Source: Epithemia pelagica (lineage: Eukaryota > Protista > Bacillariophyta). Taken from it: a DNA stretch of 64,000 nucleotides. How positions within the stretch are numbered: position 1 is the stretch's first letter; every line of letters starts with the position of its first letter. Positions 31,501 through 44,600 of the stretch are shown here, piece by piece. The position numbers were made by a program, and so were the translations under genes. The notes beneath the pieces were generated by a model. It searched no databases and was not told where the DNA came from. It saw only the letters and a list, made by a program, of their open reading frames with translations. The stretch covers positions 2,108,001-2,172,000 of the forward strand of contig OX337240.1 in NCBI GenBank assembly GCA_946965045.2, given 5' to 3'.

Positions 31501-34500
31501 TCTGTGAAGGCCTTTTTTGAACATGCTGTCTGGAAGGGATGATTGGTGCTTTGGTGTATAGTTGTTGCTGAGATCCTCTTCTTCTCTCTTCTCTCTTGAA
31601 CAATTAGATTCAAACAACACCAAAGAAAAATCCAATCCACTCTTCAATAGATTGAACACAACCACCGAAGAAAAAATCCCATCCCCTCCTCTATAGATTC
31701 AAACAACACCGAAGAAAAATCCAATCGACTCTTCAATAGATTGAACACAACCACCGAAGGAAAAATCCCATCCCCTCCTGAAAAGATTCAACACAACGAC
31801 TGAAGGAAAAATCCAATCAGTAACTGCCAGAACTCTTGTTGCTGAGATCCTCTTTGTCTCTCTTCTCTTTCTCTCTTCAACAAGCCACCGAATAGATTCA
31901 ACACAACCACCGAAGGAAAAAAGATTAGGAGGAATGGGAAGATAGTGAAGAGCCACACATGGTTCATGGTGAAGAAACACGCACAGTTCTTAATCAATCA
32001 TCCATCCTTCAGATGACTGTTTCAGATTCATCTTTGAATAATGCTGAAGATAAAAATATAAAGATGAATGAAGCTGTGGACTATGGTGAACTTGATGTCG
32101 GTGTTGCCTTTGAAGGAGGACATGGACAATGTCTGTGGCAGTTGGAGGACTTGGCAATGCCATGTATAGGTCTTTTTCTTCAGCATTATTGTTGTCTTCA
32201 TGAGCTGTATCTAGTATATTTGTGAGAAGGAATGGGTTGAACCGATCTGAACTGTGATATGGAAGGCTGCAGAGTTGATCAGTCACAAATTTATAACTTC
32301 CTCGTAACTGAATATTTTTGAAGGACAGTGTTGGAGGAACAAAGTCTTCTTGAATGTCTATTCCTTGAGTTGAGTCTTGAATGGGTTGGAGATATTTTTG
32401 AATTTAAAACCAACTGCTGAGTGGGTTAGGTTATTTGAGAACTTTGCACCATTCATGGGCACGGCAATGCTTATGTTGTTAAGACATTACCAACTTTGTG
32501 CATATGCACTAGTACATCTGGTCCACGGAAAGCAAACCCTTTGGCACCGTCCATCTTGTTGTCGACAGTCCGGAGAATCTTGAGCCATTCCTTCATCACA
32601 ACCAAACTCAACAAAGCATCAGCCAACCTCGCCCGCATCACGCTTCTCCCACCTGCCCAGTCCAGGACCATCATTTCCCACCTCCTGTGGGTCGATCTCC
32701 ACTCAACACACCCATCAACTACTCCATTAACCCAATTCTGATCCTCCCCCGTCACCAACCAACTAGACCATTTGCAATCAACTTTCCTCCAATGCACAAC
32801 ACTGCAACCCCTCCCCCTCCCATCCCACGCACTACTCATCACTACCCTCCCAGAATTGTCCTTCCTTCCCTTATCACCACTATCACTCGCTCTCTGTGCC
32901 TTGCCACCCCTTCAAATAACACCAACCCCACCCCGGTGCGATTAGGGGGCCTCAACCCACACAGCCGAATTGATCTTAGAAGGAGATTGACAGAGACCTG
33001 AGCTTGACGATATGCAACAGTCTCTTATCAACCACATGAAAGCTTGTTTTACATAAGATGCGATACCTTACCGAAGAATGGATTGCGAGATCAAAACCTG
33101 GCCAGAGTCCACTTCAACCTCCCCATCCGGCTTTCATCTCGGCCACAGCAACGCATTAGTATCACCCCATGATTTGGATGCCACAACAAACGAGTCGACG
33201 GCAAAGATCTTGAAGCAAAACGAGAACAACTCATCGACTGGCAATTAGGACTGATTAGCTGTGCTCTTATCAACATGTATTCGTACAACGGATGGAAGCA
33301 CATAGTCAATGTCATGATTTTGAAGGACCCAAACAATCTACGGATACACAGACTACGAGTAATCCACTTGTACGAACAAGACTATAATCTTGTACTGGTG
33401 ACCAAGTAGCGCCAGACGATTCAATTTAACACCAATCAACGCCCTTTGCATCCAATGCAAAGACTTTCCCCGACTCTTTCTGGGACACTTTCTCGTCGTC
33501 CGGTCCCAAAGACGACAACAGCAATGTTTCGATTGCTGTTTCAGAGGGAGAAGGTGAAGCCACCACCATTGCCAATACCACCCAAAATCAGTCCCTCCTC
33601 AGCAACACTGCCGACACTGCCGACATGCTGTTGGATCATCGACCGGTTGATTGTTGCCATGAAGCAGCAAATTTGGATAATGGAAGCTCCACAACCACAG
33701 AACCACCTCCACTTATTCCTCATTATCAAAATGACGACGAAGACTCAGACCTTGCCTCTCTGTTCCGAAATGTCGACTCAGACGAATCCAACGAACCTGC
33801 TCAAGTGTAGCATATCAATATGAATACTCCACCTGCCTTTCTCGGTTGTATCCTTGTGCGTGGTAACATGTCGAACTCCAGGGATGTTGTTGATGCGAGC
33901 ACACATGCCATACCAAAGCATTACGGAGGAGAGCCCTTCAATTGGTACAATTCTGCATTTCTTGAGGTACACATTCTGACGTAGAATAGCGCGTCGGTAG
34001 GTATCTGGGTTAGAAGGACGAACTCGGTGACACATGAAAGAAGGATTTTCACTGCATGTTGTAGAAAGCAACTCTATCATTTCTCGAGCATCCTGCTGAT
34101 TTTCGTTGCAAAATGGTTTCCGTCGTCATCCACAAGAAAAGGAGACGAAAAGTCACAGCAAAACTTGGGGATCTTCTTCATAGAGATACCAGTTGCTTCA
34201 AAGATCTTCTTTCTAACCCATTCTCACATCTCTTCATTCAGAATGTTGCTCGGGTGGTAACCAACGAAGAATCCGATGTTAGAAATACAAATCTCGTCTT
34301 CATTCCATCCATGCACCGGTACTTTTGGCCCTCATCCTTGTCGGCCTCCTGGATGGGGTCCAACCAGAAGTCGGCTGGCTCCAGATGCTCCTCGCGTTTT
34401 TTGGAGCGGGATTCGGATTTCGTCTGATCAGACATAGTCTCTGCACTGATTTTGGTGGTACTTGGAGTTGCTCTGCTTGCACTCGGAGCCCGTTTGCTTG

Positions 34501-36419
34501 TCACAGTCGACCGAGGTTTGCGGTCACGCACCATGGTCAATGAGGGATGGAGACTGTACTTCGTTGGTGGTTACTTGAGTCCACTGTTGCTTATGGTCCA
34601 TTTAAATGAGAAGGGGGGGGGGGGGGGGGGAGGGAGACTTCTGGAAGCAAGCTTCCCAAATAAGATGAACAGTTCCTCTGAAGGGGGGGGGGAGACTTAA
34701 AGCAATCCGAGGTGTTTTCATTCACTTGGAGTGATGTAATGTTGATCTGCCCTCCCGAGGGCGGACAGGCTGTGGGGCACTTCTTCTTCGCCTCCTTCTA
34801 TCACACGTTGAGCAGCCTGGGCGTGGGCACCTGGTTCCGTCTCTTTCGAACCCTGAACCATGTGGTAACAGTGGATGATCCCCGCTTGATCTTTCTTCAG
34901 TTTGATTCTCACCAAGTGTGGACGTCAGCGCATTTTCAATCTCACATGGTGTGACAAAATGACAAAAGTCTTCAGCAACTACCCCCATTACAAAGTGGAA
35001 TGTGTTGTTGCCTTGTTGTCATGTCAGATATATGCCATTTTGAATCCCTGTTGGATTCAAACCAAGGATCCGAACTTGATGAAATTTTGAAACAAATCGA
35101 TGTAGAATACGATTGTTTCCCTCCTCCTGATTCTGACGAACAAACTGACAACAATGGTTACCAGGAAGCGTCAATACTCTCCAGGACTCTTTCATATAAT
35201 AGCAGAGAATCACTATTTCTCTTGTCCCTCTGAGTAAATGGCCGTATTAGTGGGACACGCCTGCAGGCGAGCAATTCTTGGTACCAGTTTGTAGACTGTT
35301 GTCTGTTCAACTATTAGGTATTCTGTAGTTTTCTATGAGCAATGAGAGATGAGCCGTGGATCGTGAAGAGGCTTTATTTCATATGAGTGAAATATCTAGA
35401 TCGGACGACAAGGTCCATTATGATGTGCCATGGACGACAAGGTCCATGATGACGTGCCCAGGGAAGATACAAGGTAGTCTTCTACTATTGCTCCTCGGAA
35501 TGGAAGTAGGATTTTCGTCTTATATAGCCTTATATTGCCCACGACAGTGGCGAGAGTCCTGGGAAAAAAGTGTGACAGTATTATATAAGCAAGCGATATC
35601 CCCTCCTGGTCGTGGGGGCACTTGTCGGGGCTATTGACTCCTCGGCGGGCAATAGCTCCGAGAAGTGGACCGCCTTCTAAATCCGCGTAAGCGGATTTGG
35701 CATAGCCCATCCTCGTGCCTCTCTACTCCGCCGAGCGGATGTAGATCTACTACTAGTCTTCGCATATGTTCAGCCTGCAATGTGGAGTGAACAAGACTGG
35801 TTTAAAAGTGTGGTCTGATTATGCGCACACTTCGGGCAATGGTGGACGCGCCAATCTTTGTCGTTGAAAAGTCTAGACCATGTGCTTTCACTTATGTGAC
35901 GCTGACCGATAAAGCTTTGGCGTGGCACAGTATAGTGCAAAATATGTTGCTCAGATTGATGAGAGTAATCGTGCCTTTGCTCAGGTTGCAAAAAGTAGGC
36001 AAGGGAATGCTTTCCAAATTTTGGTTGAATCAACTGGTAATACCAATACCAGGTCTATCAACAAAGTGGAGAAAGGACTTCGGTCCAAAACCAAACGGTA
36101 ACGCATTGGAAGAGCGAACAGCTGAAGAGAGGGGAAGAAGCGAAAATGGAGATACAACATCTGCTGAAAAGAAAGCATTGTCTGAAAACTTTTGAGATCA
36201 TTCATTCAGAAGGACATTGCATACAGAAGAACTCTGTAAGTAGAACCATATGGAAGGACAAAGTTTTGAAGGATGAATAGACAAAGAAGTGTTGCAAGTT
36301 GACAAAAGGATTGTAAAAAACAAAGGTTGGAGGTCAAATTGGCCTTCTGTTGTACAGACACAGGGGGTTCAATGGGCACCCCTGTGGGAACCCTTCTTCT
36401 TGTAAGCTTGGTTGTTCGT

Positions 36420-36600
36420 CACCACGCCCTGATCTTTCTCAACATGTCACAATGGCCAGCCGGGCACATCATGATGCAGCCAGACACAAGTTCACAAAAG
36501 ACCCCTACACCACTTGTCTCCTCAACGACCACCATATGCTACTCATTCCTTTTACGGTCGACCATCTCGGTGGCCTCGGACACATCGCACACAACTAACC
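36420..36600 (+). pseudogene. Possible C-terminal scrap of a non-LTR retrotransposon
   Basis: SRAHHDAARHKF...LLIPFTVDHLGGLGHIAH resembles a recurring diatom retroelement C-terminal motif; short. Confidence 0.3.
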
Positions 36601-36854
36601 CTAACCAGTGCAGCGTTCACAACAGAGAATACATCACAAGAGAGTTGATGACAATTTAGATTGGATGACTGATTTTCACATGTCAGTTGAAGCAATTGGT
36701 AACACCAAAATCAGTGGTGTCAACAAGGTTGAGAAGAAACTGTTATCGAAAGAAAACATTGGACGAGCAGTGACAGAGGCTGAGGTAGTCATGATTCTAT
36801 GTCATATACCGCAAGTGTAAGAACATCCTGGATTTGATAAAAACAGCAAAGGAA

Positions 36855-37151
36855 TCACAAACTTACGTCCACTGCAAAATCGCCGTCTTTCTTGTCGAAC
36901 TTGTCTTCCGATCCAGTGACCCTTTCAGTGAATTTCTTGTCGGCAAGTGTTCGAATTTGCAGTCCGCGTAGCGGGGTTGTTTCTGCAGAGTCATCTAACC
37001 CTTTCCAATTTGGTTTGGGTTTTCCACCGGTCCATGCCACCCATTCATAATAACAGCTTTGGATGTGTCCGCCCACGGTGGGTTTGTCTGACATTAAGAC
37101 AGTGGTGGTTGGTGGCGGTTCGTAACAACCAGATGCAGCATTGACATTCAA
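36855..37151 (-). pseudogene. Copia (CoDi-type) gag N-terminal fragment
   Basis: PTVGG..WVAWTGGKPKPNWKGLD...QIR....F..R..G...KF motif recalled from diatom Copia gags. Confidence 0.5.
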
Positions 37152-37629
37152 CTCATTATTGCCATTCTTGAAAGGTTTCTACTTGACAATGCACGTGTGG
37201 AGACCTGGTCAAAAGGGAGAGGGATGGCTTAAGATATTCAGCTCTTGTCTTTACTGGGAGATAAACTAGGTAAGAATTTAGATATAGTTTTCTCTCTAGG
37301 TAGCTCTAGATGAAACACAACAATGGGGCCCTCACCTTCATTGTCCAACTAGATGCTCTTACAAAAACATTTTCTTACAAATGTTTCGTTTATAAAAAGA
37401 GTGAGTTTATCTAGAATGTATTTGATTTGTTTGAATTTCCTTCTTGAAGATCGTTATCAATTGATCCTGATGATGTGCCCCTTCCAGGCCCACTTTGTCA
37501 GCTTCACTGACACGTGTAAGTTGATTATCTCACACATCATTTATTTGTATTGGCTTATCTATAGATTGGGTGCTTCTCGCCTAAATCCATCGTCTGGTAG
37601 ACTTATGACTTAGGATGTGTTTCACTAAA

Positions 37630-38210
37630 TGCTTTGTAACGGAAGCATGATGAGTTGAATGGCAAAGGACAGGTCAGATTGGACCCAACAAACAAGAGTT
37701 CAATTGCCCTGATCAGATGCAGTCTCACTTCCGAGGCTTTGCCACTCATGGCCATTTCAAGATGGTACAAAAAGTCTGGGTTTGGAATCATGGATGTCAT
37801 GCTTTGAACTCCTATATTGGTTGGAGCATGACGGCCGGAGATCGGGTTCGATCTCGGCGGACCAAGTTTTCCGGACATGCATTCTACACATCGTGGTACA
37901 ATCGATGTGCAGTTACATTGCAGTACAAGAAGTCAACGCATTGGCAAGCTACAACACAACAAACTTGCGAGGATGGGCATTACCCTATCCCATTGCAAGG
38001 AACCATATGGGTCGGATGTGCAGTGTGTTTACTCGAGTATAGGTGGAGACACGAAGACATTGGAATAAAAGGGATTTTTACAAACGTCGGCCAATGTGCA
38101 AAGTGTGGAATGGTTGCACACTTGGTGTCATGGAAAGATGATAGGGAGGACGGATGGAGAATCTTCCCCTCGAAAAATATACGTGCTTCGTGGAACAGAG
38201 TGCGATAGAA
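37630..38210 (+). pseudogene. piggyBac-like transposase C-terminal fragment with Cys-rich tail
   Basis: Across frameshifts: NG.DRSD...HFK.WYKKSGFGIMDVML.NSYIGW, then CAVC...CAKCGMVAH. Confidence 0.6.
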
Positions 38211-38599
38211 GAGCGCATGGTCATGGGCAAACTCGTAAGGAGCAATTTCAGGGAGCAGTCTTGGGGTTGTCGTAATCTCCAGAATCATCATCGTCGCTGT
38301 CTTGAACGTCATGGTCTGACATGTATCCCTTGAAATTATGTGAGTTGTTTATGATTTTCCGAATGGATATCTTCCAAACTACAATTTTGGATGGAGAAAA
38401 ACGCCCCATTGGGCAAACTTATTGTTGTTTCCGACATCTCATCTTCTGAAACACTGTATAATGAGTGTTTTAGGAACTGAACAAGTAGAACCCAACGAAT
38501 CATACCCAAAGACAGTTTGGTGAAGTCAATGACCAACAAAGTGCAGTGGATTCCCGGGCATGAATAGAAGGTCATAGTAGTCAAACAGGCCCTAAACAC

Positions 38600-38830
38600 C
38601 ACCCAGACGCTAGGAACTTCGCGAAAGAAGCCAAGCGGGACATTAGCATGTATAGCAATTTCAAGGATGACACGCAATGGTATGCTTGGTATAGAGATAC
38701 CCTTACTACAGCTAGAGTCCATGCGACTCACCGACCCTGGTTACTCCAACTACCCCAAGACCCGGAAAGAATCTACCCTTTGGTTAGAGATCCAGCAGTT
38801 CATGTACTTGTAGCATATATTAGGTCACTG
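38600..38830 (+). pseudogene. CoDi gag fragment
   Basis: PDARNFAKEAKRDISMYSNFKDDTQWYAWYRDTLTTAR...EIQQFMY parallels KRDATAFESFKD...EQQVFVY of the intact element. Confidence 0.65.
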
Positions 38831-38914
38831 CATAGATCCCCATTCCCATGCGTAATCATCAACCCCTCAATCATAGTTGTAGCCATCACATCCAAATGCT
38901 GTGTACCTCTAGCC

Positions 38915-39165
38915 CAGGTTGACCTTTCTGATATGTTAGATAGGGTTCGCAGGCTGTCTTGTCCACCTCCAGCAGAAGCTCCGCCATAAGCCCATCCAAA
39001 CGCATATAGACCTCTGGGTCCAAACCCGAGTGCATAAATGCACCTGGAATGTCGGCCACTACCACGACTCGTCGTTCTAAGGCATCGATTACTACTGTAA
39101 TGAAAACAGACGCTGATGCTTCTGTTGGCAAGGCTGATTGTTCTCTACTGACAAAGGCTCTCACA
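38915..39165 (-). pseudogene. Copia RT fragment (inverted segment)
   Basis: SALPTEASASVFITVVIDALERRVVVVADIPGAFMHSGLDPEVYMRLDGLMAELL...KGQP. Confidence 0.85.
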
Positions 39166-39184
39166 TTTTCAGAAGTAGTACCCA

Positions 39185-39362
39185 GTCAAGGCAAAGTGTC
39201 ATCTACGTGGAGATGTTGAAAGCGTTGGACGGTACCCTACAAGCCCATTGCTTATTCGGGGAAAAGTTGTCAGCGGTGCTAAGGAGTTGGGGTTCTCACA
39301 TGAATCCTTATGACTCCTGTGTTGCCAACAAGATGGTCAATGGGAAACAATTGACGGTTAGT
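39185..39362 (+). pseudogene. Copia RT fragment continuing the previous one on the opposite strand
   Basis: VIYVEMLKALDGTLQA..LFGEKLS..L..WG...NPYDSCVANKMVNGKQLTV. Confidence 0.85.
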
Positions 39363-39849
39363 TGCTATTGCTGCTTTCTCCTTTTCAGTTCCCGTCCTCT
39401 CTTTCCTTTCCCCGACCTCCATTTGAGTTTGTAAGGAGACACGGTCTTCCGGTGCTTGCTTGGACCACCACCTCCAGCCTTCCCGTGCCCAACCAGTGTG
39501 GGGAGTGTAAGTGTCGGAGAGTTGCACGTGGTGGTGGTGGTCAGAATGTGTGTTTTGGTTTTGTTGAGGCGGATGTCAAGTGGTGCTCCTAATCCTTTCC
39601 CCGAGCTCTGCAGAAAGCAATTGTGACACAGCAATATTCGAAGTCGTGATACTGGTGCAACTGTTTGAAGTTGCGGGTAGCGCATGCGACATTCTATTCC
39701 CGTCGAATGATTGTGTTCCACCTGCTTTCCATGGTTGATTCTTGAAGCATGAATTAGCATGCCTGGAGTTGTGTAAATCGTTGCATGCATGTTGAAGAGA
39801 GGGACATACTTTCACCTGGCTGAGATCTGGCTTGGTATATTCATAATAT

Positions 39850-40090
39850 ATGTTGGAAAGCAAATGTGTTGTATCTACGGTGAAGCAACGAGGGAAGACC
39901 AAGCTCCTCACGATCGGTAACGTCGTTTTCAAGTACAACGACAAGTCAAGGACAGAGATCAACCCAACACATCCCGAGTTCGAAACGAAGGCTATTTTCG
40001 TTTGCATCACATTCGTAGCTCAAAAGAACGGCAAGAAGTTCCAGACCCGGGCGCAGAATCGGACAAACGACGGTCTCCTGTGACCAGTTT
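39850..40090 (+). pseudogene. Tyrosine recombinase fragment (DIRS/Ngaro-like)
   Basis: KTKLLTIGNVVF...CITFVAQKNGKK..TRAQNRTNDGLL*PV parallels TKLL.L.NIRF...SITF..QKN..RT.D..LCPV of diatom YR elements. Confidence 0.55.
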
Positions 40091-40103
40091 GGTTGTGGGG
40101 GCA

Positions 40104-40560
40104 TCACGTTTGTTTGATACTTACGAATAATTTTTCGTAAGTACTTGCCATAACGTTCGCAAAAACCTTGGTTTGTTGCAATTCAGCAATCTCCTTGTCA
40201 TTGTACTTCTTCTCACCAAGCGTGCCATTCTTCAGGGCCATGATGACTTTGTGGAAGTCATCATCATGATAGTCATATACACAATCCAACAAATTGCATT
40301 TCCACAGTTCATGTGCCTGTAACGAAGGGTTTTAGAAAATCTCTGAAGGAAATGAAAGAGTCCCAACCTCGGAGTCACATTCTTACCCAACAATCCAACC
40401 CAGTATGCACTCTTGTGGGGGAATGTGTCCGAATATAGACGCATTTTAACGCTTGCTCCAAAACACTGATCAATGTCTTTGATCGCTTCCAGTGTAGTGG
40501 TGCAATTTGCCTGTGATATTGGCATTGGAATGTATATGCACGAATCAATCAACTGTTGCT
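40104..40560 (-). pseudogene. Mutator/ISL3-like DDE transposase fragment
   Basis: LYSDTFPHK..YW....RLGLFHFLQRFSKTLR, frameshift, then LDCVYDYHDDDFHKVIMALKNGTL. Confidence 0.5.
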
Positions 40561-40704
40561 ATATGAATTAGACTGCAAGATTCTTTTCTGAACTCCTAGC
40601 AAATAACCAAGTGAGTGATCGACCTTATCCCAAGAAAGATGGCAAATGGCTTGTCTCTTTTCCACCTCAAGCTGATACAGTCCGTCAGATATATGAAACT
40701 GGAG

Positions 40705-40840
40705 CATATTCTGACTTGGTTTGGTGGGGTGTGTCGGATGTCGACCGTCATCAACACAAAATTGAGATGGTCATATTCTGACTTGGTTTGGTGGGGTGTG
40801 TCGGATGTCGACCGTCATCTACGCAAAATTGAGATGGTCA
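40705..40840. repeat. 67-bp tandem duplication
   Basis: CATATTCTGACTTGGTTTGGTGGGGTGTGTCGGATGTCGACCGTCATC at 40705 and 40772. Confidence 0.9.
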
Positions 40841-41194
40841 AGTGTGAGGTGGTGGTCAAGTGTGAGGAGGTAAGGAATTACCTCTCCATGTGTAAGGCGA
40901 AGGTAATCTGGATGTCTGCAACCAGGAAGGCGAGATTGCCTGTGCTATCTTGGTCCGAACAACAACGACAAAGGCAATTGCCCACGCAGCAGAACAATTC
41001 GCCCTTCGTTTCGGGTTTGCACCCAGAATCATGTATAGCGACACATGGCCCCATATGTACTTGGAGCACGGTTGATTGGTAGGTTGGGTCTTTTCCATTT
41101 CTTGCAACGGATCACAAAGACGCTTCGACCGCGTCATTGTGACCATGGGCAAGCACTTTACGATTTCAAGACTTTATCAAATCGTACATAACAC

Positions 41195-41640
41195 TGACCC
41201 CATGGACCTCCAATGAAAGAAACATGGGGTTACTCGTTGATTGTGGGGAGTCTGCTTTACCTATCCTCCAATTCTTGCCCAGACATTGCTTTTGCTGTGA
41301 GCCAGGTGGCTCGCTTGAGCCCGTTCCCAAAGCAAAGTCACGCAGCCGCCATCAAGATGATTGTTCGGTATTTGGCAGGGACCATGGACAAAGGGACCAT
41401 TGTTACTCCAAATGACTCCTTTAAGTTGGATTGTTACGTGGACGCCGACTTCGCGGGCCTCCATGGCTGCGAACCACAAGACAATCCAATCTCCGCCCGG
41501 TCCCGTACTGGATACATTGTGTTTCTGTGTGGTTGTCCACTCCTGTGGAAGAATCAGCTCCAGACCAAAACAGCCTTAAGCACATTCCACGCAGAATATG
41601 TGGCCTTGTCCATTGCTCTCCGTCAGGTCCTCTCTCTCCG
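41195..41640 (+). pseudogene. Copia RT-connection/RNase H fragment
   Basis: YSLIVGSLLYLSSNSCPDIAFAVSQVAR...CYVDADFAGL...SRTGYI...LQTKTALSTFHAEYVALS. Confidence 0.92.
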
Positions 41641-44600
41641 GTTCTGTTACTAACCCTACTGATAATGCAAATTACCATGAATTCTTGCATTTCCCTCACA
41701 TGGACGAGAACATTATCGTAGATTCTTGCTTTTCTCTCGCATCCTATGTTCAGTCTAGAACGAATAATCGTACATTCTTGCTTTTCTCTCACATCGGTTT
41801 TCGGTTGATTGTTGTGGATAGAACAGTCGGTTTCAATCAGATGTGTTTGCGGGTGGGTTTTTCTGATAATAAAAAATTACTTCGTCGTTCTTACCTTGGT
41901 TGTCAAGATCATGGTTCATTTGGTTGTATTGCCGTCGCAGCACTTCATTGTTGGGGCCGACGACGAGCCAGCACATTTTCACGTTCTGGTGTCAGCATTG
42001 TGAGGATTCCGGGGAGTGTGCAAGAAAGACAATTCCGGGGAGTGTGCAAGAAAGACACTCCACTCGATGTCATTCGTCTTCGAGTTGCAGATGCGTTGAA
42101 GGTTCCGGTTTTTTTATTGCTTTGTCGTGTGATCAGACCAATCAGGTGATCGATGGTCGCGAATGTGTTGGTGAGGAAGGAAGAATCTTGCAAGGTCGGT
42201 GGGCAGTGGATCTGAGTGACGGTCGCAGCTGGGGATTGCCTCCGGTTCGGGAAGATACCGCGTTGAACCGTAGCTTCTCCCTCATGGATTTTCTCACCGC
42301 TTAACCAACGGCATTGTGCGCCCTATAGTCGACTCGGTCGTTGTGGCCATGGCGGTGGATCTGGATATAGTTGGAGATCCTGTCCATTGTTACTTTGTTT
42401 TCCCAGAACATGGGCAGAAAGTAGAACATGGACAGATAGTAGCTTTGCGCCACTTTGATATTCCTATTTTAAACCCACAGGTTTTCCACTTTGTTCTGAA
42501 AAAAGTGACGGGCCAGCATGATGTGTTTGTCACTTCCTTTTACATAAGAACTGCCATGATGGAGAAAAACAACAACACGATTCCTCTTATTGATCTAGAA
42601 CAATGTATTTGTGATTTCCTTGAGGGAAGAATCTTACTTCAATTCTATCTGAGAGTCAGAATAGGAAGTCAACTCCCATGGGAATACAAAACATTACGAG
42701 TAGCAGTAGGATAACGACAACATAAAGAACTTAAAATTCGGGGAAACAGCCATTCTGGAAGTGTTCTAACACGTATCGAAGCGATATAAGATTGCTCTAG
42801 AGGCAATAATGCTGTCATCAACACGGGTAGACTATGTTAACCCGTTGTGGGAGTTAGCTGGGAGTCTCGTCAGCAGATGAGATCTCATTGAACAATGCAG
42901 TGGCTCGCAGTTTCAAGTCGACGATTAATGAAGACAGTGCATGAGGGTTCTCCTCCTGGTACCACATTGGAGTTGCTCTTCATTGTTAGGGAAGATCCAC
43001 CGAAGCTTCAGCTGCAGCGAGCGCAGCGAAAGCAATGCCTGGATCGAAGAAAGGTACTGGACGACCACTTTTCAACGATTCCAACACTGCCATTGTTGAG
43101 GACAACATGAAGGTGGATCTACATCTCCATGGAAGAAGACTCCTGATACTAGTAAGAAGCAGCATGGAGCTTATTCCACACAAGGGAAAGCAGTAGAATT
43201 GTGGCTTCTGTGAGCGCATCAAGAGACCAAAAAAAGCCCAAGCATTGGTCCAGAAAATGAAAGACAAGAAGAAATGAACTTCTCAAGGGGCAGCCTTTGA
43301 AAACATCACCAATGGGTTGGTAGCACTGGCCAAATCAGGTAAGTCAGGTGACATTTTAGTTGCTGCATACAGCTTATTTGTTGCATCATAAATCAAGGCA
43401 TCAAGGCAACTTTCATTGTCACCGGTGCACCAATTCACACAGAAAACACAAGCAAGAAGCAGAGTATGACATAAATTGCATCTACAGGGATTGGACTCCA
43501 AGAAGTTCAAGCACAGTAAGTACACTATGACGGAGGAACAAAAAACTAATTTTGATAGGGTAATCAATTTTGGGTTGATATCTCTTTCTCCTGGTTTCCA
43601 GTTTCGAAATCATGTATGTGTACATGAAACGCCATGAAGCTTCCACTGAATGTGTCCTTTTCCATTCATTGCACTCAGACAATCTGCAGATGTTGCTATG
43701 TGTTTCAATCAATGGTTGTGCTACTTGGGTACTTCTGTATAATTCTGATGGACAAGGCAAAGGCAACAATCTAAAAAGAAGTCTACAAGAGTTTGCACAA
43801 ACTGGCAAAAGAGTATGGGTTTCATGGTGGTGACATGCTTGTTGGGTGTGGTGTTTGATTGAGTCATGTTATAGATGGGAATTATGAATGGTGGTTTTAT
43901 CCGGCATGACTTCATTTTGCTATCATTACATAGTTTAGAAGCTTTTCAGTATTAAGTAATTTAGTCTTTACTTTACCTCCATTCATTCTGAACCACCATA
44001 AACAAGATACATCACCTAGAAACTCAATGCCTTTGCTATCTCAAATCACTACCCCTGAAAGCAGGGTAAATGTGTCCCAAAAGGAATATTATAGATACTC
44101 AGCCTAGTCTTCTTCAATAGCATAGAAAAAAGACATGTATGCCATTTGTTTCTCTTCTTGCTTTGAAATCAAATAAACCTTCTGAAACATAATGAGCTTC
44201 TTAATCACTTTGAGAAGGTGGAAAGCCTTGGTCTCATGCTTGACAACTTCAACTATTTTGTGATTTTTTGTTTTGACAATTTGACAACATGTTGATGTTG
44301 GTATATTGAATTCCTCTACCCCAACAGTTGGGTAGACGCCCAATTGTAACATATTTGGTTGGGCTATGACTGTCTTTTCCATCAATGTTTCCCAATGGAT
44401 TCCCCTCCTATTTGGTTTCCCAATGGATTCTCCTCCTATTTGCTCTTGTGTTCTGCTAAAAGTACTAAACAGAGCTTGACAAATTTTCAAACCTCAGTAC
44501 CAACAAGATGACTGGGATAGCAAAGGAGTTTGGTCAATAGATTAATCTCTTTGTTAATACTGGTTTGAGGAATTTTGTTATTGGGTGGATGGTGTATTCT

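Larger units (their letters stand above)
21078..35593. repeat. Unit 2 of 14.5-kb direct tandem duplication
   Basis: Near-identical to 6565-21077 with scattered SNPs and G-run/9-bp indels; ends TATATAAGCAAG|CGATAT. Confidence 0.97.

Noticed and set aside
39490-39520. GTGGGGAG|TGTAAG as PPT plus LTR start
   Set aside because: No partner LTR or boundary could be found
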